NCBI GenBank assembly: GCA_964576115.1
Contig: CAZNUA010000011.1
Location: forward strand, 62,001 to 90,686
Reading direction: 5' to 3'
Origin: an uncultured Gemmatimonadota bacterium
GTDB lineage: Bacteria; Blakebacterota; Blakebacteria; Blakebacterales; Blakebacteraceae
Length of the DNA: 28,686 bases
In this document: positions 8,590 to 18,366 of the stretch, one piece after another
Layout of the letters: every line of letters starts with the position of its first letter
Numbering within the stretch: the stretch's first letter is position 1
The notes under the pieces: model-generated
What the model saw: the letters and a program-made list of their open reading frames with translations, nothing else
Databases searched by the model: none
What the model was told of the DNA's origin: nothing
Translations under genes and position numbers: made by a program

Positions 8590-11003
8590 CGTCCACCCCA
8601 TGAGATATCTTCCAGGTCTTCTTCGTCCAGGAGCACCTCGCGGGCTTTGGTTCCGTCGGGAGGTCCGACGATACCGAGCATCTCGAGCTGGTCCATCATC
8701 CGCGCCGCCCGTGTGTATCCGACCCCCAGGCGGCGCTGGATCAGACTGATCGAGCCCTGGTCGTGGGTGACGACGATCCAGGCCGCATCGCGCAGCTGGT
8801 CGTCGAGCGCCTCACCCGCCGCCCCCATGCCGCCCGGATCGCCCGCAGCCGGCGCGAAGATGTCCACCTCTTCGGTATCCAACTCCTGACCGCCGACCAG
8901 GTTCACAAGGCTCTCGATCTCCTCGTTGCTGATAAAGGAACCGTGAACCCGGCGCGGTTCGGGGAAAGAGGGATTCATGAAGAGCAGGTCGCCCCGGCCG
9001 AGCAGTTTTTCGGCCCCGTTGCAGTCGAGGATGGTGCGCGAATCGATCTTGGAAGGCACCTGGAAGGCGATACGGGAAGAGAAGTTGGCTTTGATCGGTC
9101 CGGTGATGACATCCACCGAGGGTCGCTGGGTGGCCAGGATCAGGTGTACTCCAACCGCCCGGGCCTTCTGGGCCAGACGCTGGATGAGGGTTTCGATATC
9201 GGCCGAAGCGGTCATCATCAGATCGGCCAGCTCGTCCACCACGATAATGATGTAGGGCAGCGGCTCGGGGACGTCGGCGGCTTCGACGTCGTCGTTCTCG
9301 GCGGCTGCGTCGCGCAGGGAGCGAACCTTGGTGTTGTACTGCTCGAGATCGCGCACCATGACCCCGGCCAGACGATCGTACCGCTGCTCCATTTCGAGTA
9401 CGGCCCACCGCAGGGCATCGACCGCTTTGCGCGGATCGGTCACCACCGGCGTGATGAGGTGCGGAATGGCATTGTAGATCGCCAGTTCGAGCATTTTCGG
9501 ATCGACCATGATGAAACGGCACTGCTCGGGGCCCATCCGCAGCAGCAGACTGGCAATGATGGCATTGATGCTCACGCTCTTGCCCGAACCGGTCGTGCCG
9601 GCCAGCAGCAGGTGGGGCATACCGCCCAGATCCACGACCACGGGAGCCCCGGCGATATCCATGCCCAGCGCCAGGGGGAGCTTGTGCGGTCCCTCGGCGA
9701 AGTCTTTCGATTCCAGAACCTCGCGCAGGCGGACGATCCGTGGACGGGCGTTCGGGATCTCCACCCCGACCGCCGCCTCACCCGGGATCGGCGCCACGAT
9801 TCTGATCCGTTGCGCCCGCATCGCCAGAGCCAGGTCATCGGCCAGGTTGACGATCTGGCTCACCTTGACCCCGGGGGCCGGCTTGAGTTCGAAACGGGTG
9901 ATGACGGGACCGGTCTTCCAGCGGGCCACTTCGGCCCGCACTCCGAAGCTGAGCAGTTTCTCCTGCAGCAGTTCCGCTTCAGTCCGGACCTCCTCTTCGT
10001 CGGGGCCCAGTTCATCTTCGGAGGGAGCGACGAAGAGGTCGAGCGGCGGTGGCGAGTAGGTCTCGGAGCCGGGTATCGTCCGCGGTTCGAGCGCCGGGGG
10101 TCGATCGTCTTTATCCGGAGTCGGTACGTCGGCCGTCCCGGAACCCTCTTCCGGAACAGCGGCCGGGGCCGGTTCCATATCGCGCCCCACCGGCGGGAGC
10201 GGTTCCTCCCCGGGAGGCGGCGCCGCAGTCCCATCTCCGGCAGCGGACAGGGCCGTCTCTGCCGCCGGTGCCGGCTCGGCCGGCTTCCCGGCGGTCTTTT
10301 TCCTGGTCGTCGGGGTACGTGCCGTCCGGCGGGGACGGGCGGCGGTCTTTTTCGCCGACCGCCGGGTGCTCACTTTTTTCGCCAGCGCCATCACGCCACC
10401 GGCTGCGGCGGCAGCAACTCGCCCGATCCAGATCCCCGCCCGGGCCAGAGCCGCCGCCAGTTCGCCCGGTTTGAGCCCGAAGGCGACCATGGCGAAGATC
10501 AGAACCACCACCAGCCAGACCAGGGGGGCTCCGACCACACCGGTGTAATCGGTCAGCACCCCGGCTATCCAGCCCCCCCATTCCCCGGCCAGGTTGGTGG
10601 ACAGATCGGGATTGAACAGGTGGTGGGGAAAGGCCAGTAAAACCGCGAGAAGAACCTGGACCAAGAGTACCTGAACCGACAGGATCACCAGCCGCCGATC
10701 GGCCGTGCGGCGCAGGATCCGCCAGCCCCAGAGCAGGATCAGACCGATAGTCAGGAAAGGCGGGAGCCGGCCCATCTTCGTCACCATGCCCCAGGCCAGC
10801 AGGGCGCCTAGCCGTCCCATCCAGTTGCGGGGCGCTCCAGCGGCGGAATCAAAGGCCGGGTAATCGGTCAGACGGTAGGAGAGCAGACTCAGCAGCAGGA
10901 TGAGACCGGCCACCAGGACGACAACCCCGACGATCTCCCGGGTGTGCCCCCCCGATCGCCTGGTACGCCGTGAACGCCGTTTCGTGCCCGTCTTTGTGCT
11001 CAT
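8586..11003 (-). CDS. ftsK: DNA translocase FtsK/SpoIIIE
   Basis: N-terminal TM domain, Pro/Ala-rich linker, PHLLLAGTTGSGKS, IVVDELADLMM, ATQRPSVDVITG and gamma domain SISLIQRRLGVGYTRAARMMD. Confidence 0.97.
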   Translation of the reverse strand: MSTKTGTKRRSRRTRRSGGHTREIVGVVVLVAGLILLLSLLSYRLTDYPAFDSAAGAPRNWMGRLGALLAWGMVTKMGRLPPFLTIGLILLWGWRILRRTADRRLVILSVQVLLVQVLLAVLLAFPHHLFNPDLSTNLAGEWGGWIAGVLTDYTGVVGAPLVWLVVVLIFAMVAFGLKPGELAAALARAGIWIGRVAAAAAGGVMALAKKVSTRRSAKKTAARPRRTARTPTTRKKTAGKPAEPAPAAETALSAAGDGTAAPPPGEEPLPPVGRDMEPAPAAVPEEGSGTADVPTPDKDDRPPALEPRTIPGSETYSPPPLDLFVAPSEDELGPDEEEVRTEAELLQEKLLSFGVRAEVARWKTGPVITRFELKPAPGVKVSQIVNLADDLALAMRAQRIRIVAPIPGEAAVGVEIPNARPRIVRLREVLESKDFAEGPHKLPLALGMDIAGAPVVVDLGGMPHLLLAGTTGSGKSVSINAIIASLLLRMGPEQCRFIMVDPKMLELAIYNAIPHLITPVVTDPRKAVDALRWAVLEMEQRYDRLAGVMVRDLEQYNTKVRSLRDAAAENDDVEAADVPEPLPYIIIVVDELADLMMTASADIETLIQRLAQKARAVGVHLILATQRPSVDVITGPIKANFSSRIAFQVPSKIDSRTILDCNGAEKLLGRGDLLFMNPSFPEPRRVHGSFISNEEIESLVNLVGGQELDTEEVDIFAPAAGDPGGMGAAGEALDDQLRDAAWIVVTHDQGSISLIQRRLGVGYTRAARMMDQLEMLGIVGPPDGTKAREVLLDEEDLEDISWGGR

Positions 11004-11084
11004 GGTGACTCCTCCCGGGCAGTATCCATATACGCTCCGACAGAGCCGTCACAGCCGGGCGGGCGGGGCCTGGTCGCCGCGCTG

Positions 11085-11828
11085 TCAGCCGGGGAACCCG
11101 GTGGCGTCACCCGTGATGATCCGATCGCGCACCCGGGGGACGACCGGCAGGGAATCCACCGCCGCACACAGGTGCAGATCGGCGGCGAAACCGGCTTCAT
11201 CGAGCCTCTGACCGTGGGCCGAGCGACGCAGCATCCGGAGGGGACTGCGGGGAGTGCGCCGCCCCAGCTGCAGGGCCACCCATGCCCCGTCGTTGGCCGG
11301 GATCATCTCCCGTCCGGTGACCTGAGCCAGGCGCTGCAGGATGAATCCGGCACAGGCGGCATCCTCGAGGGCGAAACCCCCACTGTTGCCGGCGCAGAGA
11401 AAAACCGCCTCATCGAGTCGGCTGAGTTCCTCCACGATACCGGCGGCATTCACGTAAGCGCCGATGAGGATCCGGGCCGCCGCTCCCGCGCGGGTGATCG
11501 CCCGGGTTCCGTTGGTGGTGGAAAGAACCAGCAGACGACCGCCGACCACGTCGGGGGTGTATTCGGCCGGGGAATTACCCAGATCGCACCCTTCAACCCG
11601 CTGAATGTCACGCTCGGCGCAGAGGAGCACATCGTCCATACCGAGACGGGTGACCATCTCGGTGGCCCCTTCGAGAGTCTCTGCGGGGATGATACCCCGG
11701 GCGCCGTGTGCGATGGCGGTGACGATCGTCGTCGAAGCCCGTAACACATCGATGACGACAGCGGTGCGCGAACGCAGTTCCTCGTCGGGCGCCTCGGCGG
11801 GTATGAAGTAGACCCTGACTTCCATCAT
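11085..11828 (-). CDS. comB: 2-phosphosulfolactate phosphatase family protein (ComB-like)
   Basis: VVIDVLRASTT, DLGNSPAE, STTNGTRA and FALEDAACAG. Start at ATG 11828 or 11825. Confidence 0.9.
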   Translation of the reverse strand: MMEVRVYFIPAEAPDEELRSRTAVVIDVLRASTTIVTAIAHGARGIIPAETLEGATEMVTRLGMDDVLLCAERDIQRVEGCDLGNSPAEYTPDVVGGRLLVLSTTNGTRAITRAGAAARILIGAYVNAAGIVEELSRLDEAVFLCAGNSGGFALEDAACAGFILQRLAQVTGREMIPANDGAWVALQLGRRTPRSPLRMLRRSAHGQRLDEAGFAADLHLCAAVDSLPVVPRVRDRIITGDATGFPG

Positions 11829-11853
11829 TCCGGAAACAGAAGCCGTCGGACGG

Positions 11854-12963
11854 CTACTTCCGGCTCCCTTCGGCATAGAACGGCAAAGCGACGATCTCGG
11901 CTCCGGCCATGCGACCGCGGCAGTCGACCGACAGAGCGGTTCCCCTGCCCGCCAGGTCGGCCCGCACGTAGCCCAGCGCTATCGGTTCGCCGACCGAGGG
12001 ACCGACCGTCCCGCTCGTGACGACGCCGACCTCCTCACCCTCGTGGCGAATCGGGTATCCCTGGCGCGGGAAGACCTTGCCCTCGAGCCGGAGACCCACC
12101 AGGCGTCGGGACACTCCCTCCTGCTTCACTTTGAGCAGGGCTTCCCGCCCGATGAAATCGCCCGCCTCGAGTTTGACCGTCCAGGCCATTCGGGCTTCGA
12201 GCGGGTTGGTCTCGTCCCAGATATCATTGCCGTACAGGTTGTAGCCCACTTCGAGACGCAGACTGTCGCGCGCCCCCAGACCGATGGGGAGGATTTCCTC
12301 TCCGGCTCCGGCCTCCATGATGGCCTCCCACAGGCGCGGCAGAGCCTCGAGATCCTCAACATAGAGTTCGAAACCGTCTTCGCCGGTGTAACCGGTGCGG
12401 GAGATGACCGCCGGGATCCCGGCCACCTCACCGGGCACGAACCAGTAGAAACCGATGCGGGGCAGATCGGTGGGAGTCAGCCTCACGAGAATCTCTTCGG
12501 AGCGCGGTCCCTGCAGGGCCAGCAACCCCATCTCGTCGCTGCGGTCGCGCAGGTCGACATCACCCTCGACATGCTCGGCGAGCCAGGCAAAGTCCTTTTC
12601 GATGTTTGAGGCGTTGACGACCAGCAGGTAGTGGTCGGGAAAACGGTACAGGGTCAGGTCGTCGACCAGGCCGCCGTGCTCGTAGCACAGACCGGTGTAC
12701 TGGACCTGATTGACTTTGAGTTCACCGACGTCGTTGGTGACCATCTTCTGTACGTACTCGAAAGCGTCCTGCCCCCAGACCTCGAACTCACCCATGTGAC
12801 TTATGTCGAAGAGCCCGGCCGTCGTTCTGACCTGCCGGTGCTCGGCCTGGATGCCGCTGTACTGCACCGGCATGATGAAGCCGTGGAAGTCTACCAGTTT
12901 GGCACCGAGGTCCTGATGCGTCTGGTAGAGCGGTGTCTTCTTGGCAGGGGGATGATCGGACAT
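11854..12963 (-). CDS. gcvT: Glycine cleavage system aminomethyltransferase T
   Basis: KTPLY..H, MPVQYSGI, LFDISHMGE, SRTGYTGEDGFE and GLGARDSLRLE. GGAAGAGG RBS precedes ATG 12963. Confidence 0.96.
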   Translation of the reverse strand: MSDHPPAKKTPLYQTHQDLGAKLVDFHGFIMPVQYSGIQAEHRQVRTTAGLFDISHMGEFEVWGQDAFEYVQKMVTNDVGELKVNQVQYTGLCYEHGGLVDDLTLYRFPDHYLLVVNASNIEKDFAWLAEHVEGDVDLRDRSDEMGLLALQGPRSEEILVRLTPTDLPRIGFYWFVPGEVAGIPAVISRTGYTGEDGFELYVEDLEALPRLWEAIMEAGAGEEILPIGLGARDSLRLEVGYNLYGNDIWDETNPLEARMAWTVKLEAGDFIGREALLKVKQEGVSRRLVGLRLEGKVFPRQGYPIRHEGEEVGVVTSGTVGPSVGEPIALGYVRADLAGRGTALSVDCRGRMAGAEIVALPFYAEGSRK

Positions 12964-13016
12964 GACGTTCCTCTTCCGGCACGGAGTTGGGGACACAGGC
13001 GCTGCCCGGTCTGGAA

Positions 13017-13046
13017 AAGGTAAGCATTGAGAGAGCCGGGTGGCAA
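13017..13046 (-). promoter_or_regulatory. Putative sigma70 promoter for gcvT and downstream genes
   Basis: TTGCCA (13046-13041), 18-nt spacer, TACCTT (13022-13017) in the alr-gcvT intergenic region. Confidence 0.45.
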
Positions 13047-13083
13047 GCCGTGTGGAGGCTCGGGGCTGACCGCAGCCGTTTCC

Positions 13084-14199
13084 TCAGCCGTGGTGACGCC
13101 GGGGAAGACGACCGTTGAGAGCCACCAGGAGTTCGTATATCGATCGTCCGGTCGCCGCCGCCAGATCGTGCGGATCGAGTCGCCCCTCCTCACCCTCCCC
13201 CATGACGAGAGCGATACTGCCCACGCCTTCGGCGGGCAGATCGGTCAGATCGACCACACAGCTGTCCATGCTGACACTACCCACCAGGGGCGCCCGGCCG
13301 CCGGCGAAGAGAACGCAGCCGCCCGCCAGCCCCCAGGCAGCCGGTATACCGTCGGCGTACCCGATCGGCAGCACCCCCAGCCTCCGCCCGGCCCCCAGGG
13401 GGGTCTGCGAGTATCCGACTGAAGCGCCGGGAACGGTTGTCTTTTCGACCACGACCCGGGTTCGCACTGCAAGGGCCGGCTCGAGAGGTGGCAGATCGGG
13501 CAGCCAGGCCGCGGGTTTCCAGCCGTAGACAGCCAGGCCGGGACGAGCCAGATCGAAGGTCGCGTCGCCGGCCGCCATGACGGCGCTGGAGTTGGCGGCG
13601 TGGGCGATGAGGGGACCGTGCCGGGCGCCAAGCCTCGAGACGAGGGCGGTGAAGCGTTCGACCTCGCTCCGGGTGCGTTCGCGCGAGACCTCATCGCCGC
13701 AATGGGCGGCGGCGAGATGAGTCAGCACTCCTTCGAGGCGCAGCCCGGGCAGCGAAGCGACCTCGCCGGCGGCCTCTTCGGCCTCGGCGAAGGGAAAGCC
13801 GAGCCGGTGCATGCCGATGTCGACCTTGAGGTGAACCGGCGCCCGGGTGCCGCGCCGGCGCGCTTCGCGATCCAGAGCCCGGGCGACCTCCCGATCCGAC
13901 AGGGCGATAATGGCACCCGAATCGAGGGCTTCGGCCGCCTGTTCGGGAATCAGTCCGCCGGGGATGACGATCCGACCGTCATACCCCAGTTCGCGCAGAC
14001 GGGTGGCTTCGGCCACCAGGACGACACCGACCCCCCAGACCGCAGGCAGGGTCGCCAACCGCTCCACGACCGGACCGACTCCATGACCGTAGGCATTGGC
14101 TTTGACGATGGGGAGCAGAGGTGCCCCCGCCCGCTCGGCCAGAGCCCGGGCGTTGCGTTCGATGGCACCGAGGTTGATGTCGCACCAGGCTGATCTCAC
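13084..14199 (-). CDS. alr: Alanine racemase
   Basis: PLP-Lys motif IVKANAYGHG, HLKVDIGMHRLG, H.ANS, RPGLAVYG, catalytic Tyr in SVGY, PIGYADG and VSMD. Likely start GTG 14199 after GAGGGAAGG (ORF track start is 14235). Confidence 0.94.
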   Translation of the reverse strand: MRSAWCDINLGAIERNARALAERAGAPLLPIVKANAYGHGVGPVVERLATLPAVWGVGVVLVAEATRLRELGYDGRIVIPGGLIPEQAAEALDSGAIIALSDREVARALDREARRRGTRAPVHLKVDIGMHRLGFPFAEAEEAAGEVASLPGLRLEGVLTHLAAAHCGDEVSRERTRSEVERFTALVSRLGARHGPLIAHAANSSAVMAAGDATFDLARPGLAVYGWKPAAWLPDLPPLEPALAVRTRVVVEKTTVPGASVGYSQTPLGAGRRLGVLPIGYADGIPAAWGLAGGCVLFAGGRAPLVGSVSMDSCVVDLTDLPAEGVGSIALVMGEGEEGRLDPHDLAAATGRSIYELLVALNGRLPRRHHG

Positions 14200-14283
14200 A
14201 CCCGTTTCCCTTCCCTCATACCGTACCGCCGACACAGACCGGCAGCACTGCCCGAAGTAATACTCCCCGGTCCGATCGGTCCA

Positions 14284-15720
14284 TCACCGATACCGGTGAA
14301 AGCGAAGAAGGAACTCACCCGCACCGCTCTCGTCGAACCGGAAACGAACCCCCACCCGGCCGGTGCGGTCGGTCCAGCCGAGAATTATAGCCGGACCTGC
14401 GGCCGTGACCCGCCGGAGATTCCGTCCGGGGAAGGGGGCCGGCTCATACCAGTAGAGTGGAGCCCGCGGTCCCGGCAGTGCATACGACCCGCGCAGGTAT
14501 CCGTTCCCGCCTCCCAGGATGAAATCGCGTTGCACCCAGGCCCCCCGGCTGCGGGCGCCGGTTTCTCCCCTCACCTGCCGGATACCGACCCGCCATCGTC
14601 GGTCCGCCTGCGGCCGGCTCTGCAGCCGCAGGTCGGTCACCGTCGCGGTCGAATTCAGGGCCGGTATCCAGAGCTGTGGTTCGCGCTCCCGGGTGCGGCG
14701 CAGGGTCAGGTTCCATACCGCCCCCTCTTTCCCTCCTCCCGCGATCCGACCCTCGCTCCGCCACCACCCACAGCGTTCTCCGGGCGTGCCGATACCGCCG
14801 GCGATCTCACTCGAGACGGCCAGCTTCACCCCGAACGGCGGCCGCAGTTCCAGGCCGGCCCGCAGGCCGCGTCGCCGGCTTCGAGTGGCCGAGTTCACCA
14901 GGGGAGCCAGCGGCGGCCGCGACCCGCTCCAGGTCCAGAACCTGATCTCCCAGGCCGCTCCGTCTCTTCGCCGGGAGACAACACCTTCCACGGCCCCGCC
15001 TCGTCTCTCACCCTTTCCCGCTTGCGGAGTCTCCCAGAGGGCTCCCGAAAACCGCCCTTCAATACCGTCGCCGCCCTGGCGCCACCCGGCTGTGAACTCG
15101 ACCGCGCGCCGATCGGCAGCGAGCAGCACCATGGTTCGCAGCCCCGACCCGATCGTCCAGCCCGCCAGCAGGGTTGTGGAACGATCGGGCTGAAAAGCGA
15201 CAGCCCACGCGAGTCCCCGGCCGTCCCGGCGCTGCCAGGTGAGCAGCTGTGTGGGCTCCGGGGCGACACCGGCGGCGGTGCGCAATCCATGCGGCAGTCC
15301 GGTCCAGGCGCCGCGGGCCTGCGCTCCGGTCCGCAGCCGCCAGGTGAAATCGCAGACCAGGCCCGCTCCGAGACCTCCCCGGGCCGGCCCGAAGCCGAGA
15401 CGGCCCCGTCCGAACTCGAACTGGCCCGCGATGCTGATCCGTTCATACCGGGGAACGCCCCGGGAACGGGAAAAAAGACAGAGACCCTGCAGGGTATACG
15501 CCCGGCCGGTCCGTCCTCCGGTTATCCCTGTCCCCAGACGGCCCGACACCTCCCCCCCTTCGACCGTCAACCGCAGGTCGAACCCGGGAGCATGGCGCAG
15601 AGCGCTTTCCGCAATCCCTTCCTGCTCGAGCAGGGCGGCTACCCGGGCCTGCCAGATCGCTTCGCTGATCCCGCCGCCGAGGAGCAGGTGGGTGAGCAGA
15701 ACCGTATTGAGCCATTTCAC
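14284..15720 (-). CDS. Hypothetical exported protein, predicted outer-membrane beta-barrel-like (478 aa)
   Basis: GTG 15720 overlaps the upstream stop (GTGA). Signal-like MKWLNTVLLTHLLLGGG, many alternating-pattern strands, and aromatic residues near the C-terminus. Confidence 0.6.
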   Translation of the reverse strand: MKWLNTVLLTHLLLGGGISEAIWQARVAALLEQEGIAESALRHAPGFDLRLTVEGGEVSGRLGTGITGGRTGRAYTLQGLCLFSRSRGVPRYERISIAGQFEFGRGRLGFGPARGGLGAGLVCDFTWRLRTGAQARGAWTGLPHGLRTAAGVAPEPTQLLTWQRRDGRGLAWAVAFQPDRSTTLLAGWTIGSGLRTMVLLAADRRAVEFTAGWRQGGDGIEGRFSGALWETPQAGKGERRGGAVEGVVSRRRDGAAWEIRFWTWSGSRPPLAPLVNSATRSRRRGLRAGLELRPPFGVKLAVSSEIAGGIGTPGERCGWWRSEGRIAGGGKEGAVWNLTLRRTREREPQLWIPALNSTATVTDLRLQSRPQADRRWRVGIRQVRGETGARSRGAWVQRDFILGGGNGYLRGSYALPGPRAPLYWYEPAPFPGRNLRRVTAAGPAIILGWTDRTGRVGVRFRFDESGAGEFLLRFHRYR

Positions 15721-16541
15721 CGTCCCGCCCCCCTTCCCGCCTTCCTTTGCGTTTCCCGCCCCACCCCCACGCTCCACAGCAGACTCACTCCGGGACCCTG
15801 CACCCACCTGAACTCGCCTGCCCACCTCAGGGCTCCGACCAGGATCGCCAGCACCGCCCCCGGGGCGGGCGGATCGCCCCACAGTCCCGCCGACAGGGTC
15901 AATCCGGGCCGGGCGAGGGTAACGTACAGGGCCAGGGTATGGGTTCGGCCCGGTCCGAAGGAACCCCCTATCCCGGCCGCCGCCCCTCCGATATCACGCT
16001 GCAGCGCCCAGTGACCGCCGCTGTCGGTCCAGCCACGTTCGCCGCTGCCGCCCCGCAGCAGGACCGCCCCCCGCCAGCCCTCGGGCCCGAACCAGGCACC
16101 GCGCAGAACCGGCACGGCGTTGAGCAGCACCGGACGGTCGGGAGCGCTGAGCCGGCGCAGATCGCAGCCCCCCCCGATGAAGAAGCGGGCTCCGGCCCGC
16201 CCCACCCCGATCTCACAACTCGAGATCCGCATGCCATCCCCACCCAGCTGACGCCAACACACTCCGGCGACTGCAGCCGGGGTACCGGCTGTCAGCCACC
16301 CCTCCCGGTACTCCAGATCGGGCACGCCGAAGGGGCGTTGGGTGCAGATCCGCCAGCCGATCCCGGCTCCCGGGGCGACCATGGACCCTCCGAACGAGAG
16401 CCGGCTCATCAGAGCTCCCGCCCCCAGAGCGGTCCACCCCGGTCCCGGCGCAATCCCGTGCTGGCCGCAGGCCGGGTCAGCCCCCGCAATCAGAAATCCG
16501 AAGACCATCACGATCCGGATCCGGGAACGACCGGTCATCAC
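15717..16541 (-). CDS. Hypothetical exported protein, predicted small beta-barrel-like
   Basis: Coupled to both neighbours by overlapping start/stop codons. Signal peptide, amphipathic strands and an RPFGVPDL motif. Confidence 0.6.
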   Translation of the reverse strand: MMTGRSRIRIVMVFGFLIAGADPACGQHGIAPGPGWTALGAGALMSRLSFGGSMVAPGAGIGWRICTQRPFGVPDLEYREGWLTAGTPAAVAGVCWRQLGGDGMRISSCEIGVGRAGARFFIGGGCDLRRLSAPDRPVLLNAVPVLRGAWFGPEGWRGAVLLRGGSGERGWTDSGGHWALQRDIGGAAAGIGGSFGPGRTHTLALYVTLARPGLTLSAGLWGDPPAPGAVLAILVGALRWAGEFRWVQGPGVSLLWSVGVGRETQRKAGRGAGR

Positions 16542-18268
16542 GGCCGCACCCCCAGAGCCCGGCGGATCGTCCAGACCCGTCCCGTTTCCGCCGCTTCAGC
16601 CCGCACAACGAGGAGGTAGAGCCCGGCCTGCACCACGGGAGCGGCCCTCTGCGGATGCCAGCGGGTTTCATCCCGGCCCCTGACCAGAGTGCGCGGCAGA
16701 ACTGTAGCGATACCGGCCCCGCTCATATCGTAAAGGTCCGCTTCGAGCCAGAGTCGGCTCGCACCCGCCTGCCAGATAAAGGTGATCGTCCCGTCGGAAC
16801 CGTGATCGAACTGGAACCGGAATCCCCGATCGCTCTCGCTCCCGGCCGTCAGAGTGTCTTGAGCCGCCAGCCAGCCCGGAGTGACCGCTTCGGTCGAGCG
16901 GGCGAATCCCCAGGCGTTCGGCAGCCAGCCGGCCAGGTCGGTTTCCCAGCGCTGCCAGCTGTGACCGCGCGGCAGACCGGCGGCCGGCCGGATAACGGCA
17001 CTGTCCACGACCGTACCGAAAGGATCGATGAGCACCACTGCACAGCCGGTGTCGGTCAGGCGGAGTCCCGGCCAGAGTTCGGTCGGCGCCCGCAATTCCG
17101 CCAGCGGTGCCGCCGCCGGAAGCCGCACCCTCTCTCCGGCTCCGACGAGCACCAGAGCGGCGGCCGGAGGGGTGAGCTGATATTCACGGGGCGCCCACGC
17201 CGCCCCGGAAACCGACCCCACCCTGACCCGCCACCCGACCCAGGACGGAGCCGACCGAGCGACGCTCCCCGGCCCCGGGCCGATCTCGAACCATTCTTCC
17301 CAGCCGCTGACCGGACGTGGCTGGGCTTCGGTCACGATCCGCACCAGAGGAGCGAAACGAACCGCCAGGTCCAGCGTATCGGCGTCCCACCAGGAACGTT
17401 CAGCGGGGGGGGATTCGATCGCCGCCCGTACTTTCCAGAGGCCCCCTTCGGGAGGAGTCCAGAGCCAGGTGATGCGGACGCTGTCGCCGGGTGCCAGGGT
17501 TCCTGACCAGCGTTCGTTCTCCGATTTTTCTCCCCTCTCGTCCGGCAACCACGTTCTCACACTGAGGTGGAGCGGATCGAGTCCGGCCTGTCCTTCGTCG
17601 ACCAGGCTGGCAATCAGGGTGCAGGCCTCTCCGGCCCGGGCCGGAGAGGGGACGGCGCCGGTCAGGCGCAGGGAACGGTCGCCGGGGATCGGTGTCCACG
17701 AATTGACTCTGCCCGGTGTCGAGCCGGCGGGTGCCCGGCAGGGTCTCCAGCGGAGACCTCCGATCTGCGACGATGACCCCGGCCGGCCCCCGGCCCGCTC
17801 CCTCGAGATCCCCTCCGCGATCGGCTCCGACCAGCTGAGAGTATCGACGATGTTCCCCCTCTCGTCGCAGAGCCGTAACCGATCGCATTCGGCGCCCAGC
17901 CCGTTACCGAGCGAGGCATCGTCGACCGTCAGGAGCAGGACGTCGGCCGGCAGGGCCAGAGAAGGGGGATCAGCTTCGGGATCGCAGATCAGAGCATAGC
18001 CACCCGGTTCGAGCCGACCCGAGCCACCGGACCAGACCCGGATACGATCCCGTCCGTCTCCCTCATCGGCCAGTACCCAGCCTTCCAGATCGACGACCCT
18101 GGTGCCGTCGTGACGCAGTTCGATCCACTCTCCGGCACCGTTACCCTCCGGTCCGGAGGGGTCGGCCATGACCTCGTTGAAACGCACTCCGGCCTGATCG
18201 CCGTCCCGGGGAACCGGCACCACCCACACCCCGGCGACGAGGCAGACCAGAAGAGACAGCCGCGCCAT
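16538..18268 (-). CDS. Secreted lamin-tail-domain protein with Ig-like middle region and FlgD/T9SS-CTD-like C-terminus
   Basis: Signal peptide, LTD motif FNEVMADP...EWIEL...DLEGWVLAD...TPGRVNS, second degenerate LTD (VTEAQPRP..EEWFEI..TPG), and C-terminal LYDMSG...W...AGLYLLVVRAE. GAGAGG RBS. Confidence 0.8.
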   Translation of the reverse strand: MARLSLLVCLVAGVWVVPVPRDGDQAGVRFNEVMADPSGPEGNGAGEWIELRHDGTRVVDLEGWVLADEGDGRDRIRVWSGGSGRLEPGGYALICDPEADPPSLALPADVLLLTVDDASLGNGLGAECDRLRLCDERGNIVDTLSWSEPIAEGISRERAGGRPGSSSQIGGLRWRPCRAPAGSTPGRVNSWTPIPGDRSLRLTGAVPSPARAGEACTLIASLVDEGQAGLDPLHLSVRTWLPDERGEKSENERWSGTLAPGDSVRITWLWTPPEGGLWKVRAAIESPPAERSWWDADTLDLAVRFAPLVRIVTEAQPRPVSGWEEWFEIGPGPGSVARSAPSWVGWRVRVGSVSGAAWAPREYQLTPPAAALVLVGAGERVRLPAAAPLAELRAPTELWPGLRLTDTGCAVVLIDPFGTVVDSAVIRPAAGLPRGHSWQRWETDLAGWLPNAWGFARSTEAVTPGWLAAQDTLTAGSESDRGFRFQFDHGSDGTITFIWQAGASRLWLEADLYDMSGAGIATVLPRTLVRGRDETRWHPQRAAPVVQAGLYLLVVRAEAAETGRVWTIRRALGVRP

Positions 18269-18315
18269 GATTGACCTCTCTCGCGGTGACGGCCGGAGGG
18301 AAGGCCGGTAGGGGA

Positions 18316-18366
18316 GCGGTATCGGGGAGGCGGTATCGGGGGGAGGGTGTCAGTCGGGCGATACCG
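18316..18366. repeat. Direct repeat GCGGTATCGGGG x2 plus inverted core CGATACCG in a G-rich intergenic region
   Basis: Copies at 18316-18327 and 18330-18341; the reverse complement of the CGGTATCG core is at 18359-18366. Confidence 0.6.

Noticed and set aside
12964..13083. Possible glycine riboswitch upstream of gcvT
   Set aside because: The conserved GGAGA...CCGAAG...CTCTCAGG core is not present; the region is explained by a sigma70-like promoter.
14296..16014. 572-aa Pro-rich plus-strand ORF as the real gene
   Set aside because: The minus-strand ORFs have signal peptides, coupled start/stop overlaps and match the operon direction. The plus frame is most likely a shadow, though this is less certain than elsewhere because the genes are hypothetical.
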